NCBI RefSeq assembly: GCF_009914755.1
Contig: NC_060943.1
From: the human T2T-CHM13v2.0 reference genome, Homo sapiens
Reading direction: 5' to 3' (one strand)
Length of the DNA stretch: 64,000 nucleotides
Shown: positions 29,008-50,267 of the stretch, piece after piece
How positions within the stretch are numbered: the stretch's first letter is position 1
How the letters are laid out: every line of letters begins with the position of its first letter
Program-made: the position numbers and the translations under genes
The notes under the pieces: generated by a model
The model's input: the letters and a program-made list of their open reading frames with translations, nothing else
What the model was told of the DNA's origin: nothing
Databases searched by the model: none

Positions 29008-31600
29008 CAGACCCTTGGAGCCAGGAGGTGATTTACAGTGTGTGCAAGGCAGTAAGCTCCATCAGCTGCATGGCCTTCAGCACTCACTTCAACATTCACT
29101 TCAACTCTGATATCTCGCCACAGAAGCAGTGGGGACTGGCCTGTGCAGAAGCCCTGAAAGTGGGACAGAGCCTCATGTGGCCGGGCGGCAGGTGGGGCAA
29201 GGAGGGGTTCTGAGTCCTCGGTGCTGGTTGGCCTGTCTGCCCATCTGAGCACTGCTCCCTGGGAGTGTGCTCTGCAGGCCTCCTAAAGGAGGGCTGTGAG
29301 CTCATCACTGAGGCCCTGAGCACCTCCTTGCTCCTCCCCACTACATTACCGGTGACTATGCTGAGGTGGGCCTCGAGCACCCTCTGGGCTGTGTCATCAA
29401 ACGTCTTTGGACCTGGCCTGGCAAATGAGGGATGGCAAATGAGGAGTCTGGAGTTTCATTGTCACCCTCTATGGTAGCAGGAAATGGGAGAGTCCAGGCC
29501 TGCAGGACTGGAACCCTATCGAGGGAGTTAAGAGGCTGTTCACTTCCCCTCCGGGCCCCATGTGGAGGAGTGGATGGAGTCTAGGGAGACACTGGGGAGT
29601 CACTTGTTTTGTCTGGGCTTCCCCTAGTTCCACCCTTTGTTAACCATTTCCTTGGGAGAGTTCAGGAAACTCCTGTGCTCTAGTGAGGCGGGACCTCCCC
29701 TCACAGGGTATTGGTGAGGAGGCGTTCTGAGACTCTGAGTGAGAAGCTACCACAGTGCCTGACAAGTACCTGTGGGAGCTGTCATCCTCTGTAACCACCA
29801 TGTGGCCTTGTAGTGTTCAGGCTGCCTGTCCTGTCCTAAGGCTTGGTGGGGCTTTTGGGGGGTCAGCTGCTTTAGGGTCCCACTCTCTCCTCAAAGTGGC
29901 TGTTTTTGTGTTTGTTTGTTTATGGGTTTTAAAACACTTAATATTTCATTTATAGTAGTTTCAGGCTTGCATGTGTGTATTTGTATAGATTTTATTAGAA
30001 AGAAAAGGACTTAAGACAACATTTTTAGAAGGTCTCCGTGGCGCATAGAGTTCCATGTCACAACAGCTGATGTTGACCTCCTTCTGTTGCCTTTGTGCAA
30101 AGTATAAATAGAAAGTGCAAGCCAGAGGTGCCGAGGCTCAGTGTCTAGAGCTGAGCCACTTGGGCTTGCTTGCTGGCCTGCAGCCACGTGGACTCTGGGT
30201 GTGAGGTGTTGCCCATCCTGGATCAACAGCCCCCACCCCTCTCCCCAGGTCCTGAGTAACCAACACAAGGCAGTGCTAATGAGCAGGTGAGAAATGGACA
30301 TCGAGCACCCCAATACCACCCAGGAAGATTTGAATGGCATTTGGACTCAGGCTGTGTGGGGGTAGGGGCTGTGTGGGGGTAGGGGCTTGTCATGGTGCCA
30401 CCCACAGATGCCCCTGCCCTATGCTGCTTCCCCAGCAGCCAGCTGTCCATGGCCCTGAGCCTGTCACACCATGCCTGCTACCTCACGCTGTTCATGTTTG
30501 ATGAAAACCATCCCAAGATGGTGCTGCTGGATGTGAGTGCTGGAAAGGGGGCAGCACCATTGTCCTAGGAGATTATGAGCTGACCAGATCCCTACTGACT
30601 GCCCCCCAGGACAAGTGGGGGCTGGTGCTGCATTGAATGATGCCCCCCCCAGGAGATGTGTTTGCATTGGCTCAATGAATATACAATGCAGAGGCATAAA
30701 TGAAGACATGTGAATGGTGTATGTGGACATCAGCTTGCAGCTGGGAAAAAGGTGCCTCTCAGGTCCCTCATTCTTCCCAGCAACTGTAGAATGTGTCCAT
30801 GCCAATGAGTGTATAGATCTGTCCTTCTTAACTTGTACACAACTCCAGGTCAGTTCCGAGTGAATGACATGCAGATGGGATTTCTCGAGTCATTTGTATG
30901 CTTCATATTATGGCTGCTGCTTTTGCTGCCACTACCCCCAGACCCAACCTGGTTTGAAGTTCAGGCTTTAAGTAAAAAAGATCGAGGGCCTCCTTGTGTT
31001 CTGGGATGGAAAGTCAGAGACCTGTGGTAGGGCTAGGGTTTTGGGTACACTTTAGTTTTGTGGCAGGATGAGAACTGCAGTGATTATAATTGTGATTGGC
31101 CTGGCCTGATTGTAACTCTGGGTGACAGGGAGGGAGTCAGCAGTGGTGGTCCCCCAGACATCCATGTGCCTAGGCCTGGCCTGCCTGCCCTCAGTACCAG
31201 CAAAAAGGCAACACCACAGGCTCTGACTTGCCTCCCTACTCCCTGCACCCCAGATGGGAATACCTTGGAGGCTACAATCTGAATGTATTATTCTCCCTGT
31301 CTTAACCAGACCTCCCTAACACACACTGAGGGTAGAGTAGGTTTGGGGCCTGGGGAGAACCAGAGCTGAATCATGAATCCCGGGGGAATGTTAAAGATAC
31401 AGGAGTGGTTGTCACCGCTCTGTTGAGCCCAGCTTCCTACCTGGTCCTGGCCACACAGCCCCTTAAACGGAGACTAGCTCTGGGGGTAGTTAGGGACCCT
31501 ATAGGCCCAGGCTGCTCTCTGTCCCCACCTGCCGGTGCTACTTCTCTTGCCTACTGTCAGAGCCCTAACATGGAGAAGGAGGTTGCCACCCTGTGAGCCT
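29008..31600 (+). pseudogene. CLUHP: CLUH (clustered mitochondria homolog/KIAA0664) unprocessed pseudogene fragment
   Basis: Exon remnants with splice sites, matched to recalled CLUH: 29008-~29123 DPWSQEVIYSVCKAVSSIS..FNIHFNSDI ~ [31 protein letters not shown]; 29278-29365 GLLKEGCELITEAL..HYITGDYAE; 30249-30329 LSNQHKAVLMS..EHPNTTQE; 30408-30532 [22 protein letters not shown]|GTGAGT; 30610 onward GLVLH; ~31560 weak ALQHEKEG-like match. Confidence 0.88.
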
Positions 31601-32692
31601 GAGGGAGCTGTGTCTGACTGGGGCTTCTGCCTGGGATTTTGCAAAAAGATACCTATGAATATGGTTTGCCTAGATATCTTGTTTTTGGTTTTTTGTTTTT
31701 TTTTTTTTTTGGAGACGGAGTCTTGCTCTGTGCCCAGGCTGGAGTGCAATGGCGTGATCTCAGCTCACTGCAAGCTCTGCCTCCTTGGGTTCACGCCATT
31801 CTCCTGCCTCAGCCTCCCCAGTAGCTGGGACTACAGGTGCCTGCCACCACGCCCGGCTAATTTTTTTTTTTTTTTTTGTATTTTTAGTAGAGACGGGGTT
31901 TCACTGTGTTAGCCAGGATGGTCTCGATCTCCTGACCTCGTGATCCGCCTGCCCAGCCTCCCAAAGTGCTGGGATTATAGGTGTGAGCCACCGCGCCCGG
32001 CCGATATCTTGTTTTAAAGGGAGTGGCCATAAGCTAGCAAGTGGAGCATCCCCACCACTGATTAATAACATTTTCTTGTTTTTAACCCATCATATTTTCA
32101 TATCACATTAGAATAAAGTAAGTTTTTATAAACTACTGCTCCAGCCTCACCCGTGTGTTTTGTAACCCAGTCTGATTTGATTGTGAGGACTGTTGTCAGA
32201 AATGTTGCTAAGAGAGAAATATGTATAAATTAGATCATATTTAAGGTTATGCTTATAATGCCACTTGAGTGGGAAGTAAGAGTGTGGAGTCACAGGGACT
32301 CAGCTGGGGTTTGCCCACACCACTTACTAGGCTCATGAAAGTGTGGCACAGGTGAATATCACCTGTCATTGGTGACAGAAGAAAAAAGGCTAAGGCCAGG
32401 CGCAGTGCCTCAAGCCTGTAATCCCAGCACTTTGGGAGGTCGTGGTGGGCTGATCACCTCGATCAGTAGTTCAAGACCAGCCTGGCCAACATAGTGAAAT
32501 CCTGTCTCTACTAAAAATACAAAAATTAGCTTGGCATGGTGGTGTGAGCCTGTAATCCCAGCTACTTGGGAGGCTGAGGCAGGAAAACTGCTTGAACCCC
32601 AGAGATGGAGTTGTAGTGAGCCAAGATCATGCCACTGCACTCCAACCTGGGCAACAGAGCAAGCCTACATCTAAGAAAGAAAGAGAGAGAAA

Positions 32693-32752
32693 GGAAGGAA
32701 GGAAGGAAGGAAGGAAGGAAGGAAGGAAGGAAGGAAGGAAGGAAGGAAGGAA
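32693..32752 (+). repeat. (GGAA)15 microsatellite in an Alu tail
   Basis: Uninterrupted GGAA run. Confidence 0.97.
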
Positions 32753-33196
32753 GGGAGAGAGAAAGGAATGGAAAGGAAAGGAAAAGAAAAAAAGAAAAGA
32801 AAAAATCCTGGAGGGAAGGCCAGGGGAGGAGAGATGCTAGGCTGTGGGGCTGAGCACTGGGCATGCTGGACCTGTTAGGTCACTGAACATCTAACTGCCA
32901 AGGCACTTGCCCTTGTCAGGTCAGTCGAGGTAAGGAAATTAGGCAGCACTCTCCAGAAGTCCCACTGTACTGGGAGAATGGAGGAGGGTCTACAACTTGC
33001 CATTCTAGGGTAGGTTTTAGAGCAAGCTGGGCTCTCTTGGAGAGCTAATGAGATGGGAGGAAGGCAATATTCCAGACCTGAGGGACAGAGCCTGTGAAGT
33101 AAGAGGGGGTATGTGGAGGTGGCCTGACCCTATAAGAGGGGGAGTTCACAGTTATTATAGCTGGTGGCTGTTGCTCAGCCATCCCTCTCCAGAGCA

Positions 33197-33197
<1 letters not shown>

Positions 33198-33235
<38 letters not shown>
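33198..33235 (+). repeat. (CA)n microsatellite
   Basis: Direct reading. Confidence 0.95.
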
Positions 33236-33238
<3 letters not shown>

Positions 33239-33961
33239 TATATTTCACTCTGTCACCCAGGCTGGAATGCAGTGACTGAATCATGGGTTACTGCAGCCTC
33301 AACCTCTTAGGCTTAAGTGATCTTTCCACCTCAGCCTCTCAAGCAGCTGGGACTATAGGCATGCAACACCACACCTGGCCAATTAGCCTCATGTATAGCT
33401 AAATGCCCTTTGGAGTGTTTGGAGAGTCCTTCATGTCTTAGAAATTCTGAAAAAACAAACAAACAAAAATATTCCAATCCTAATGTCTGTTAGTTCCTCT
33501 GAGCCAAGTGGGAAAAGATGTCCTTCACCTTGAAGTTTTAAGTGATACCCAAGGATAGCCACCAGTGTCTTGGCCATGGAAGCCTCCTGCGTGCTTCCTG
33601 CCCCCAGTTTGATTTGCAGCCTCATGGTTGTGTTGTCCTAAACATGCTTTCCTCTGGCCTTGTCCAGTGAATATGGTTCACGTGGGGAACACCACTTCTT
33701 GAGGGCGACACCATGTAAAGCTGAGAATGGATTGGGTTTAGGTACATTGTAACTCCTTGTCACCTGAGAGGCCCATTTTTCCTGATTGATTCCTTAAGTG
33801 TATTAGTGCTGTCAGACACCTTTGGACAAATCAAATAACAAGGGGCTGTAGTTTTATAAAGGAAACAAAGTCTTTAAATATCAAATCCTCTTTTTCTCCT
33901 CCATGTTTTTTTTAGGTGAAATATTTCAATTTTTCTTTTCTTTCTTTCTTTTTTTTTTTGA

Positions 33962-34120
<159 letters not shown>

Positions 34121-34346
34121 TAGTAGAGACGGGGTTTCACCATGTTGGCCAGGCTGGTCTCAAACTCCTGACCTCAGGTGATATGCCCACCTAGGCCTAC
34201 CAAAGTACTGGGATTATAGGCATGACCCACCGTGCCCGGCCTCAATTTTTCTTTAAAAATGGGTAAATAGTGGTATGTCAGCAGGCTTAGTGTGAGAATT
34301 GGCATGTGGCTGGGAGTGGTGGTTCATGCCTGTAATCCCAGCACTA

Positions 34347-34568
<222 letters not shown>

Positions 34569-34753
34569 CTACACAGTCAGTCAGACCCTGTCTCAAAAAA
34601 AAAAAAAAAAAAGAGAGAGAGAGAGAATTGGCATGAGCTAGGTGATGGTTCCTGTGTGGATGGGCAGTTTTTCAAAATAGAAAACCAAGTCTCACCGAGT
34701 TGCAGGAGCCACTTTTCTTTTTTTTTTTTTTTAATCTATTTTTATTTTTTTGA

Positions 34754-34966
<213 letters not shown>

Positions 34967-35335
34967 TGAGGCGATTCCCGCCCACCTTGGCCTCCCAAAA
35001 TGCTGGAATTACAGGTGTGAGCCACCGCACCCAGCCCACACTCACCTTTCTTCACATACCCCCACCCCCAAGGTCTTTCACTTTTTTTCTGTGCTTGAAA
35101 TTTTTTTAACATACATATTATTTTTAAAAATAAATTATATAACACACACACACACTCAGAGGTCTCACTCTGTCACCCAGGCTGGAGTGCAGTGGCTGAA
35201 TCATGGGTTACTGCACTCTCAAACTCTTAGGCTCAAGTGATTTTTCCACCTCAGCCTCTCAAGTAGCTGGGACTATAGGCATGCAATACCACACCTGGCC
35301 AATTTTAAAATTTTTTTGTAGAGACTGAGGCTTAA

Positions 35336-35727
<392 letters not shown>

Positions 35728-35784
35728 TGAGCCACCATGCCCGGCCTCAAAAATATATATTTTAAAATTTTTATTTCTTTTTGA

Positions 35785-36111
<327 letters not shown>

Positions 36112-36350
36112 TGATGTGCCACTGCACTCCAGCCTGGGCACCAGAGTGAGACCTTGTCTCCAAAAACAAAACACAAAAACTTATAACAAAATTGAACTAA
36201 TAAGGTTGTGTCATCTGTGTCCCCTCCCTACCCTCCAAGCTATCACTGTTAAATATAATGGGTATTGAGAAAACTGTTAGATATTATTAAAGAATTCCTA
36301 TGTATCCTCCAGTTGAAAAGGTGTTCTGATGTGGCTCAAGTGCTTTCTGA

Positions 36351-36629
<279 letters not shown>

Positions 36630-37249
36630 TGAGGCTGGTCTTGAACTCCTGACCCCAGGTGATCCGCCCGCCTCGGCCTCCCAAAGTGCTGGGATTACAG
36701 GCGTGAGCCACAGCGCCCAGCCTGGCCATTTTCAAATAGAAAATGAAACACACCCGTTAATGAAAGTAATCCAGTGATTTTCAAAAGGAGAAGTCAGACT
36801 GAGATGCAGCGCAGTCAGGGCACAATTACCCCAAGGATAGACGCTTCACACAAAATGCCTGAGGAGCCTTTCTAAGATGAGCACATTTGGCCAACGTAAT
36901 TCATGCTTACCCATTCTCAGCCCCCTCTGCCCACCTCCCCCCCGCCCCATTCCTAATGGCCATCCCACGATGTGGTCAGCAGTGTGGTACAGCATGGTGA
37001 GAGAGGGGCTCAGGGATGGGATGAAGGTTTTTCCTGCATTATCAAAATGATTAAAAAGTTGTTAAAAAGGTGTCCAAATTTTCTTTTTACCCTAAAATAA
37101 CTACTCAGATGCATTATACAAGTAGACCCAGGTAAGGGAAAGAGCAAGCGCATTTCAAGCCTCAGCTCACTTCTTAATTAGCTGTAATTCCCTGAGCAGG
37201 TGACCCTGCCTACTTCAGCCTGTTTCCCTGCCCATAAAATGCACTAATG

Positions 37250-37795
37250 CTGGGGAAGCCGCGCTGGGAGGTGGGTCCTGAAGCTTTATCCAATCAGTGG
37301 CGCTGGCGCGGGAACCGCCCAATCAGGCGCGGAGTTGGAGAGGAGGGCGTGGCCTCCGGCATTTGGCGGGCCCTTTGTCTCGCTCCTGCCAGAGTTTTAG
37401 TTGCCTGTCTCTGCTATTCTGCGTCCTCCACCTCGGGAGCCCCAGGTGACTTTGTCACAGCCGGTGGGTGTGCGGGTTGAGCATCCCGAGATGGGAGAGC
37501 GGCCTGTGAAACCGGCTGGACCGGCCTCCCCACAGTCCGCTCCTGGGTCGCCGACCTGAGTCCCCGCTGGCACAGCTCCGCTCCAGGCCACTCTGGCCGC
37601 AAGATGGCGGCTGGACTCGCAGCCAGGACCACAGCGTCCCGCCAGTTTCTGCGCGGCGCCAGTCCGGGGCTCTCTGGGCAGCTCTGCACCCGCAATCCCG
37701 AGTATTTCCCGGGTTGTTCAGGGAAGACAGGCGGGTCATCGGCAGAATCCCCACTCGGTGTATGCGTTGGAGGGGCTGCTGCCCGTGGGGTCTTA
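37250..37795 (+). promoter_or_regulatory. CpG-island KRAB-ZNF-type promoter and first exon (exon ~37355-37463), ATG-less
   Basis: Two CCAATCAG boxes (37290, 37319), GC box GAGGGCGTGGC, ATTTGGCGGGCCCTTTGTCTC exon-1 signature, candidate donor CCG|GTGGGT at 37463/4, YY1-type AAGATGGCGG at 37601, ZNF intron-1 motif CTCTCTGGGCAGCTCTGCACCCGCA. Confidence 0.82.
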
Positions 37796-37796
37796 A

Positions 37797-38676
<880 letters not shown>

Positions 38677-39160
38677 TTATTTTTATTTCTACATTAGTGT
38701 TTCTTTTCGAGGGGGTATGTTTTTTTAGATCAGTTAATTGTATTTTTGCTTTCAAAGCTTGATATTATGAATTGAATGATAATTTTCAACTCTGTACAAT
38801 TTTAGACAATGTGATGCTTAATTTATATATGAATTAGCCGTATGTCATCTATAGAAATATCGATGTGTTTTTCATCTGTGTTGCCACTACTTCGTTTATG
38901 ACATACTCTTTCCATGGTTTTCAATGATTATTCTGTCTAGGTGAGTAGTCGGGAAAATAATCCTAAATTCACAATCTACTTATATTTTGAATCTGTATAA
39001 TTATGTGAGAAGAACACTCTTTATTTGAAGGTAATGTTTGAAAAATGTCGTAATGTCTCTTATGTAGTCTTTAATTTTTTTTTTTGAGACTGAGTCTCTG
39101 TCGCCCAGGCTGGAGTGCAGTGGCGCGATCTTGGCGGGACTCCATCTCAAAAAAAAAAAA

Positions 39161-41270
<2,110 letters not shown>

Positions 41271-41340
41271 AGACCTATTTGTACCTTTTAAAGAGGAATC
41301 AGCCAGTAATTTCAAAGATGATTTTGTTTATAAAACATAA

Positions 41341-44120
<2,780 letters not shown>

Positions 44121-44157
44121 AGTGTCAGAATGTAGTGAGATCAGATGTATTAAGTAA

Positions 44158-45191
44158 GGCCAGGCGTGGTGGCCGATTCCTGCAATCCCTACACTTCTGG
44201 AGGCCAACACGGGAGAATCACTTGAGCCCAGGAGTTTGAGACCAGACTGGGAAACATGTGGAAAACTTGTCTGTACCGAAAATACAAAAATTAGCCAGGT
44301 GTGCCAGCACACACCTGTGATTTCAGCTACTTGGGAGGCTGAGGTGGGAGGATCATCTAAGTCTGGGGAGGTTGAGGCTGCAGTAAGCCATGATGGTGCC
44401 ACTGCACTCCAGCCTGGGTGACAGAGTGAGACCCTGTCAAAAACAAACAAGCAAGCAACAGATATTTTATGCCCTTCTCTGGGTAGGAAGCAAAATGAAC
44501 AGAACTCAGCATTTTAAAATTTAAATTTTATTTTTGAATTTTAATCTATTTATTTATGTATTTTGAGATCAGGTTATGAAACTGGCTAATTTTTGTATTT
44601 TGGGTTGAGATGATGTTTTACCATGTTGCCCAGGATGGTCTCGAACTCCTGGGATGAAGCGATGCACCTGCCTTGGCCTCCTAAAGTACTGGGATTACAG
44701 GCGTGATTCATTGCCAGGTTGCAATTTTTTTTTTAATCTCTTGTCTTTCTGAGAGTTTCGTGGCAGAGAGTTTGGTTCATTTAAGTTCATTCTAAATAGA
44801 CATTTAGGACGTTAACTTCTGGCCTCATGGACTCTGAGGTTACAAGTCCCCTGGTCTATCACAGGACCATACACATAAGAAATAAAAAAAAATCGGCTGG
44901 GCGTGGTGGCTCACGCCTGTAATCCCAACACTTTGGGAGACTGAGGCGGCTGGATCACCTGAGGTCAGGAGTTTGAGACCAGCCTGGCCAACATGGCGAA
45001 ACCCCGTGTCTACTAACAATAAAAAATTAGCCGGGCGAGGTGGTGCGTGCCTGTAATACCAGTTCCTCAGGAGGTTGAGGTACTAGAATCGCTTGAACCC
45101 GGGAGGCGGAGATGGCAGTGAGCCAAGATTGCCCCACTGCACTCTAGCCTGGGTGACAAAGCAAGACTCCGTCTCAAAAAAAAAAAAAAAA
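44158..45191. mobile_element. Alus: 44158-44460(+, AluJ-like), 44540-44720(-, monomer), 44895-45191(+)
   Basis: Recognisable Alu arms. Confidence 0.88.
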
Positions 45192-45469
45192 GACTCCAAT
45201 CAAAAAGCAAATAAGTAAATAAACAAACATAACGTTTATAATAAGTAATTGTGTTACAAAGAAATATAGTTATGTCCCCTAAACCAAGGTCTCACAGAAA
45301 AGGAAGCCTGTGCACAGACTGGGTCAACTGTGTCTTCTCTACTGTCCCTACCTCAAAGTTGGCTTCTTCCTTGTTGCCTAGAAAATCGTCGCCCTGACTG
45401 GGTATGATTGTTCTTTGATCAGTATATGCATATATATGTATTTTTTCATTCTTTCCTGGCTGATTATTG

Positions 45470-46678
45470 CGTGGGTGGTTGTTTGGCGCCTCCTAGCGGC
45501 CGGCTAGCAGTACAGGCCTCCTCCAGAGGCCGCTTGGGCTGACGGCACGGCTTGTGGCCCACAGGGGCGGCCACCTTTCTAGAGTTCTCTTGTCCTCTGG
45601 AGCTCCAGTGGCAGCTGCCGAGGGAGGGACAGCCCCCGCTGTGAGCTGAGCAGAGCTCGGGAGTCCTGCAGACTTCAGCAGAACAGTCCCGATGGTGCCA
45701 GAGCTCTGGCGCGTCCCTTGTGAGTCATAGCTCTGGCGTGTAGGGCTGTGGAGGGGAGGCTGTTACCGTGCTCCCGGCATGAGCTTAGTGTGGGGCTGCC
45801 CGGGCTGGTCCCCAGCTCACCGCAGCTGCGGAGGCCCGACCCTCGGAACCCACCAGGCATGATGCAGGGGGCCGGGGACACCCCCCAGGCCCGGTTGCGG
45901 GCCCATGTGTGTCCTGGCCGTTTGAGGCTCTGGCCGATTTCTTTTCCCAAGTCCCCATGGAGAATCAGGGACCGTCCTGTGCCATCTTCCGAGAGCCTGG
46001 AAGGGTCCGCCCGTGGGCTTTCCGAGCGCCGAAGGGGCCACATGCTGCTCTGAGGGTGCCGCAGGTTCGTGGGGCTCCCTTGCTTGGTGTCCACCCCCTC
46101 TGGTTTCCTCCTCTTCCCACCCTGCGGGTGGCTCGTCGCCCTGGCTGGGACGCCGCTGTGGGAGCGTGGTGGGATGGCTGAGGCGCGGGCGTCAGAGGGT
46201 GTGGCCCGGCAGCCCCCGTTTCAGGGGTGGCTGTGTGGTCTGGAAGTGGCGGTCCAGGTCCTGGGCCTCTCCCACTCAGCAGCGGGGAGGAGGGGTCGGC
46301 GGGGAGTAGGGGCCGGTCGCCCCCCCTTGAGCTCTTCCCCGTCTTAGTGGACCAGCAGACAGTGTGGGAGAGCGCTGGGAAGGAAGGTTGGCGGAGTTAT
46401 ACTCCAGACGGACGGGCTCAGGCCCCGCGCGCCACACTCGGCCACACTTGGCGCGTAGTGTGGACCCGGTGGGCCTCTGCCCTCGCCACCGGCTGGCTTC
46501 TCTGTCCAGCCGCTGGGTCGACCAGATGTCAGCCCCAAGGTTAGGGTTTGGCCTCCAGCTTGAGATGTTTAAGACGGACTAGATAGCTCTCGCCCGCGGC
46601 AGTACCGCTTAGGTCCAGCAGAGGGTGCGATTACGGCTCACGCGCCCTCCACCTGCCCGGACTCACCCAGGTCATCCT
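45470..46678. repeat. SST1/NBL2(MER22)-like GC-rich satellite monomer (single partial copy)
   Basis: ~1.2 kb GC/CpG-rich block with motifs recalled from SST1 (GAGGGGAGGCTGTT, GCTCACCGCAGC, GGAGGAGGGGTCGGCGGGGAG); no splice or coding signal. Confidence 0.65.
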
Positions 46679-46702
46679 CCCTTTTCTTTTTTCTTTTCTT
46701 TT

Positions 46703-46822
46703 CTCTCTTCTCTTCTCTTCTCTTCTCTTCTCTTCTCTTCTCTTCTCTTCTCTTCTCTTCTCTTCTCTTCTCTTCTCTTCTCTTCTCTTCTCTTCTCTTC
46801 TCTTCTCTTCTCTTCTCTTCTC
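46703..46822 (+). repeat. (TCTTC)n pentanucleotide repeat, ~23 units, expanded Alu tail
   Basis: Direct reading; abuts antisense Alu 46840-47125. Confidence 0.95.
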
Positions 46823-46839
46823 TTTCTCTTTCTGTCTGT

Positions 46840-48270
<1,431 letters not shown>

Positions 48271-48900
48271 CATGTTTTTGATGTGTTGATTCTTTCCAGT
48301 CCAGATGCATAATCTCATGTCTGAACATTCCTGCTGGTGTCATTATGACATATGACTTTACCCAGCACCAGAGTGATTTGGTGCCCCTGCCCTGGCCTAG
48401 CCCATGGAAGGGATTGTGACATATCCCTGGACCCAGTACCGAGGTGGTGTGACTATTCTACTGCCTTGGCACTACCCACAGGGGACATTTTGACATCACT
48501 ACATCTTGTACCCAGGTGGTGTGAATCTTCTCTCCAGCCTTGGCTCTTCCACAGGGGACATTGTGTCATATGGCTGGGCCCCACACATAGGTTATATGAC
48601 TCTCCTGCCTGTGCCCTGCCCATGTGGGCCACTGTGACTTTTGCTGAGTCCAACACCCAGGTGATGTAACTCTACTGCCTAGGTCCTGCCTACAGAAGAT
48701 CTTGTGACATATCCCTGCACCCATCACACAGGTAATATGGCTCTCTTCTCCTGCCTGGCTCCTGCTTACAGAAGGGATTGTGATGTATTACTGGGCTCAG
48801 CACCTAGCTCACATGACTCTCTGCCTCTTTCTTTCTAGGTTCTGCCCAAAGAGGATATTGTGACATGTCACTGGGCCTAATACTATGCTGACATACTCTT

Positions 48901-50267
48901 TTTTTTTTTTTTTTTTTTTTTTATTGATCATTCTTGGGTGTTTCTCGCAGAGGGGGATTTGGCAGGGTCATAGGACAATAGTGGAGGGAAGGTCAGCAGA
49001 TAAACAAGTGAACAAAGGTCTCTGGTTTTCCTAGGCAGAGGACCCTGTGGCCTTCCGCAGTGTTTGTGTCCCTGGGTACTTGAGATTAGGGAGTGGTGAT
49101 GACTCTTAACGAGCATGCTGCCTTCAAGCATCTGTTTAACAAAGCACATCTTGCACCGCCCTTAATCCATTTAACCCTGAGTGGACACAGCACATGTTTC
49201 AGAGAGCACAGAGTTGGGGGTAAGGTCATAGATCAACAGGATCCCAAGGCAGAAGAATTTTTCTTAGTACAGAGCAAAATGAAAAGTCTCCCATGTCTAA
49301 TTCTTTCTACACAGACACAGCAACCATCTGATTTCTCAATCTTTTCCCCACCTTTCCCCCTTTTCTATTCCACAAAACCGCCATTGTCGTCATGGCCCAT
49401 TCTCAATGAGCTGTTGGGTACACCTCCCAGACGGGGTGGTGGCCGGGCAGAGGGGCTCCTCACTTCCCAGTAGGGGCGGCCGGGCAGAGGCGCCCCTCAC
49501 CTCCCGGACGGGGCGGCTGGCCTGGCGGGGGCTGACCCCCACCTCCCTCCCGGACAGTGTGGCTGCTGGGCGGAGACGCTCCTCACCTCCCAGACGGGGT
49601 GGCTGCCGGGCGGAGGGGCTCCTCACTTCTCAGACGGGGAGGCTGCCGGGCGGAGGGGCTCCTCACTTCTCAGACGGGGCGGTTGCCAGGCAGAGGGTCT
49701 CCTCACTTCTCAGACAGGGCGGCCGGGCAGAGACGCTCCTCACCTCCCAGACGGGGTCGCGGCCGGGCAGAGGCGCTCCTCACATCCTAGACGGGATGAC
49801 GGCTGGGCAGAGACGCTCCTCACTTTCCAGACTGGGCAGCCAGGCAGAGGGGCTCCTCACATCCCAGACGATGGGCGGCCAGGCAGAGATGCGCCTCTCT
49901 TCCCAGACGGTGTGGCGGCCAGGCAGAGGCTGCAATCTCTGCACTTTGGGAGGCCAAGGCAGGCGGCTGGGAGGTGGAGGTTGCAGCGAGCCGAGATCAC
50001 GCCACTGCACTCCAGCCTGGGCACCATTGAGCACTGAGTGAACGAGACTCTGTCTGCAATCCCGGCACCTCGGGAGGCCGAGGGTGGCGGATCACTGGCG
50101 GTTAGGAGCTGGAGACCAGCCCGGCCAACACAGCGAAACCCCGTCTCCACCAAAAAAACACGAAAACTAGTCAGGCGTGGCGGCACGCGCCTGGAATCGC
50201 AGGCACTCGGCAGGCTGAGGCAGGAGAATCAGGCAGGGAGGTTGCAGTGAGCCGAGATGGCAGCAGT
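48901..50267 (-). mobile_element. SVA retrotransposon (SVA_C/D-like), 5'-truncated, inserted in the satellite
   Basis: Poly-T, SINE-R, VNTR, Alu-like domain; 18-bp TSD CTATGCTGACATACTCTT at 48883-48900 and 50268-50285. Confidence 0.97.

Noticed and set aside
45675-46582. Cluster of overlapping 70-140 aa ORFs
   Set aside because: Expected from high GC content; no recognisable domain or splice structure.
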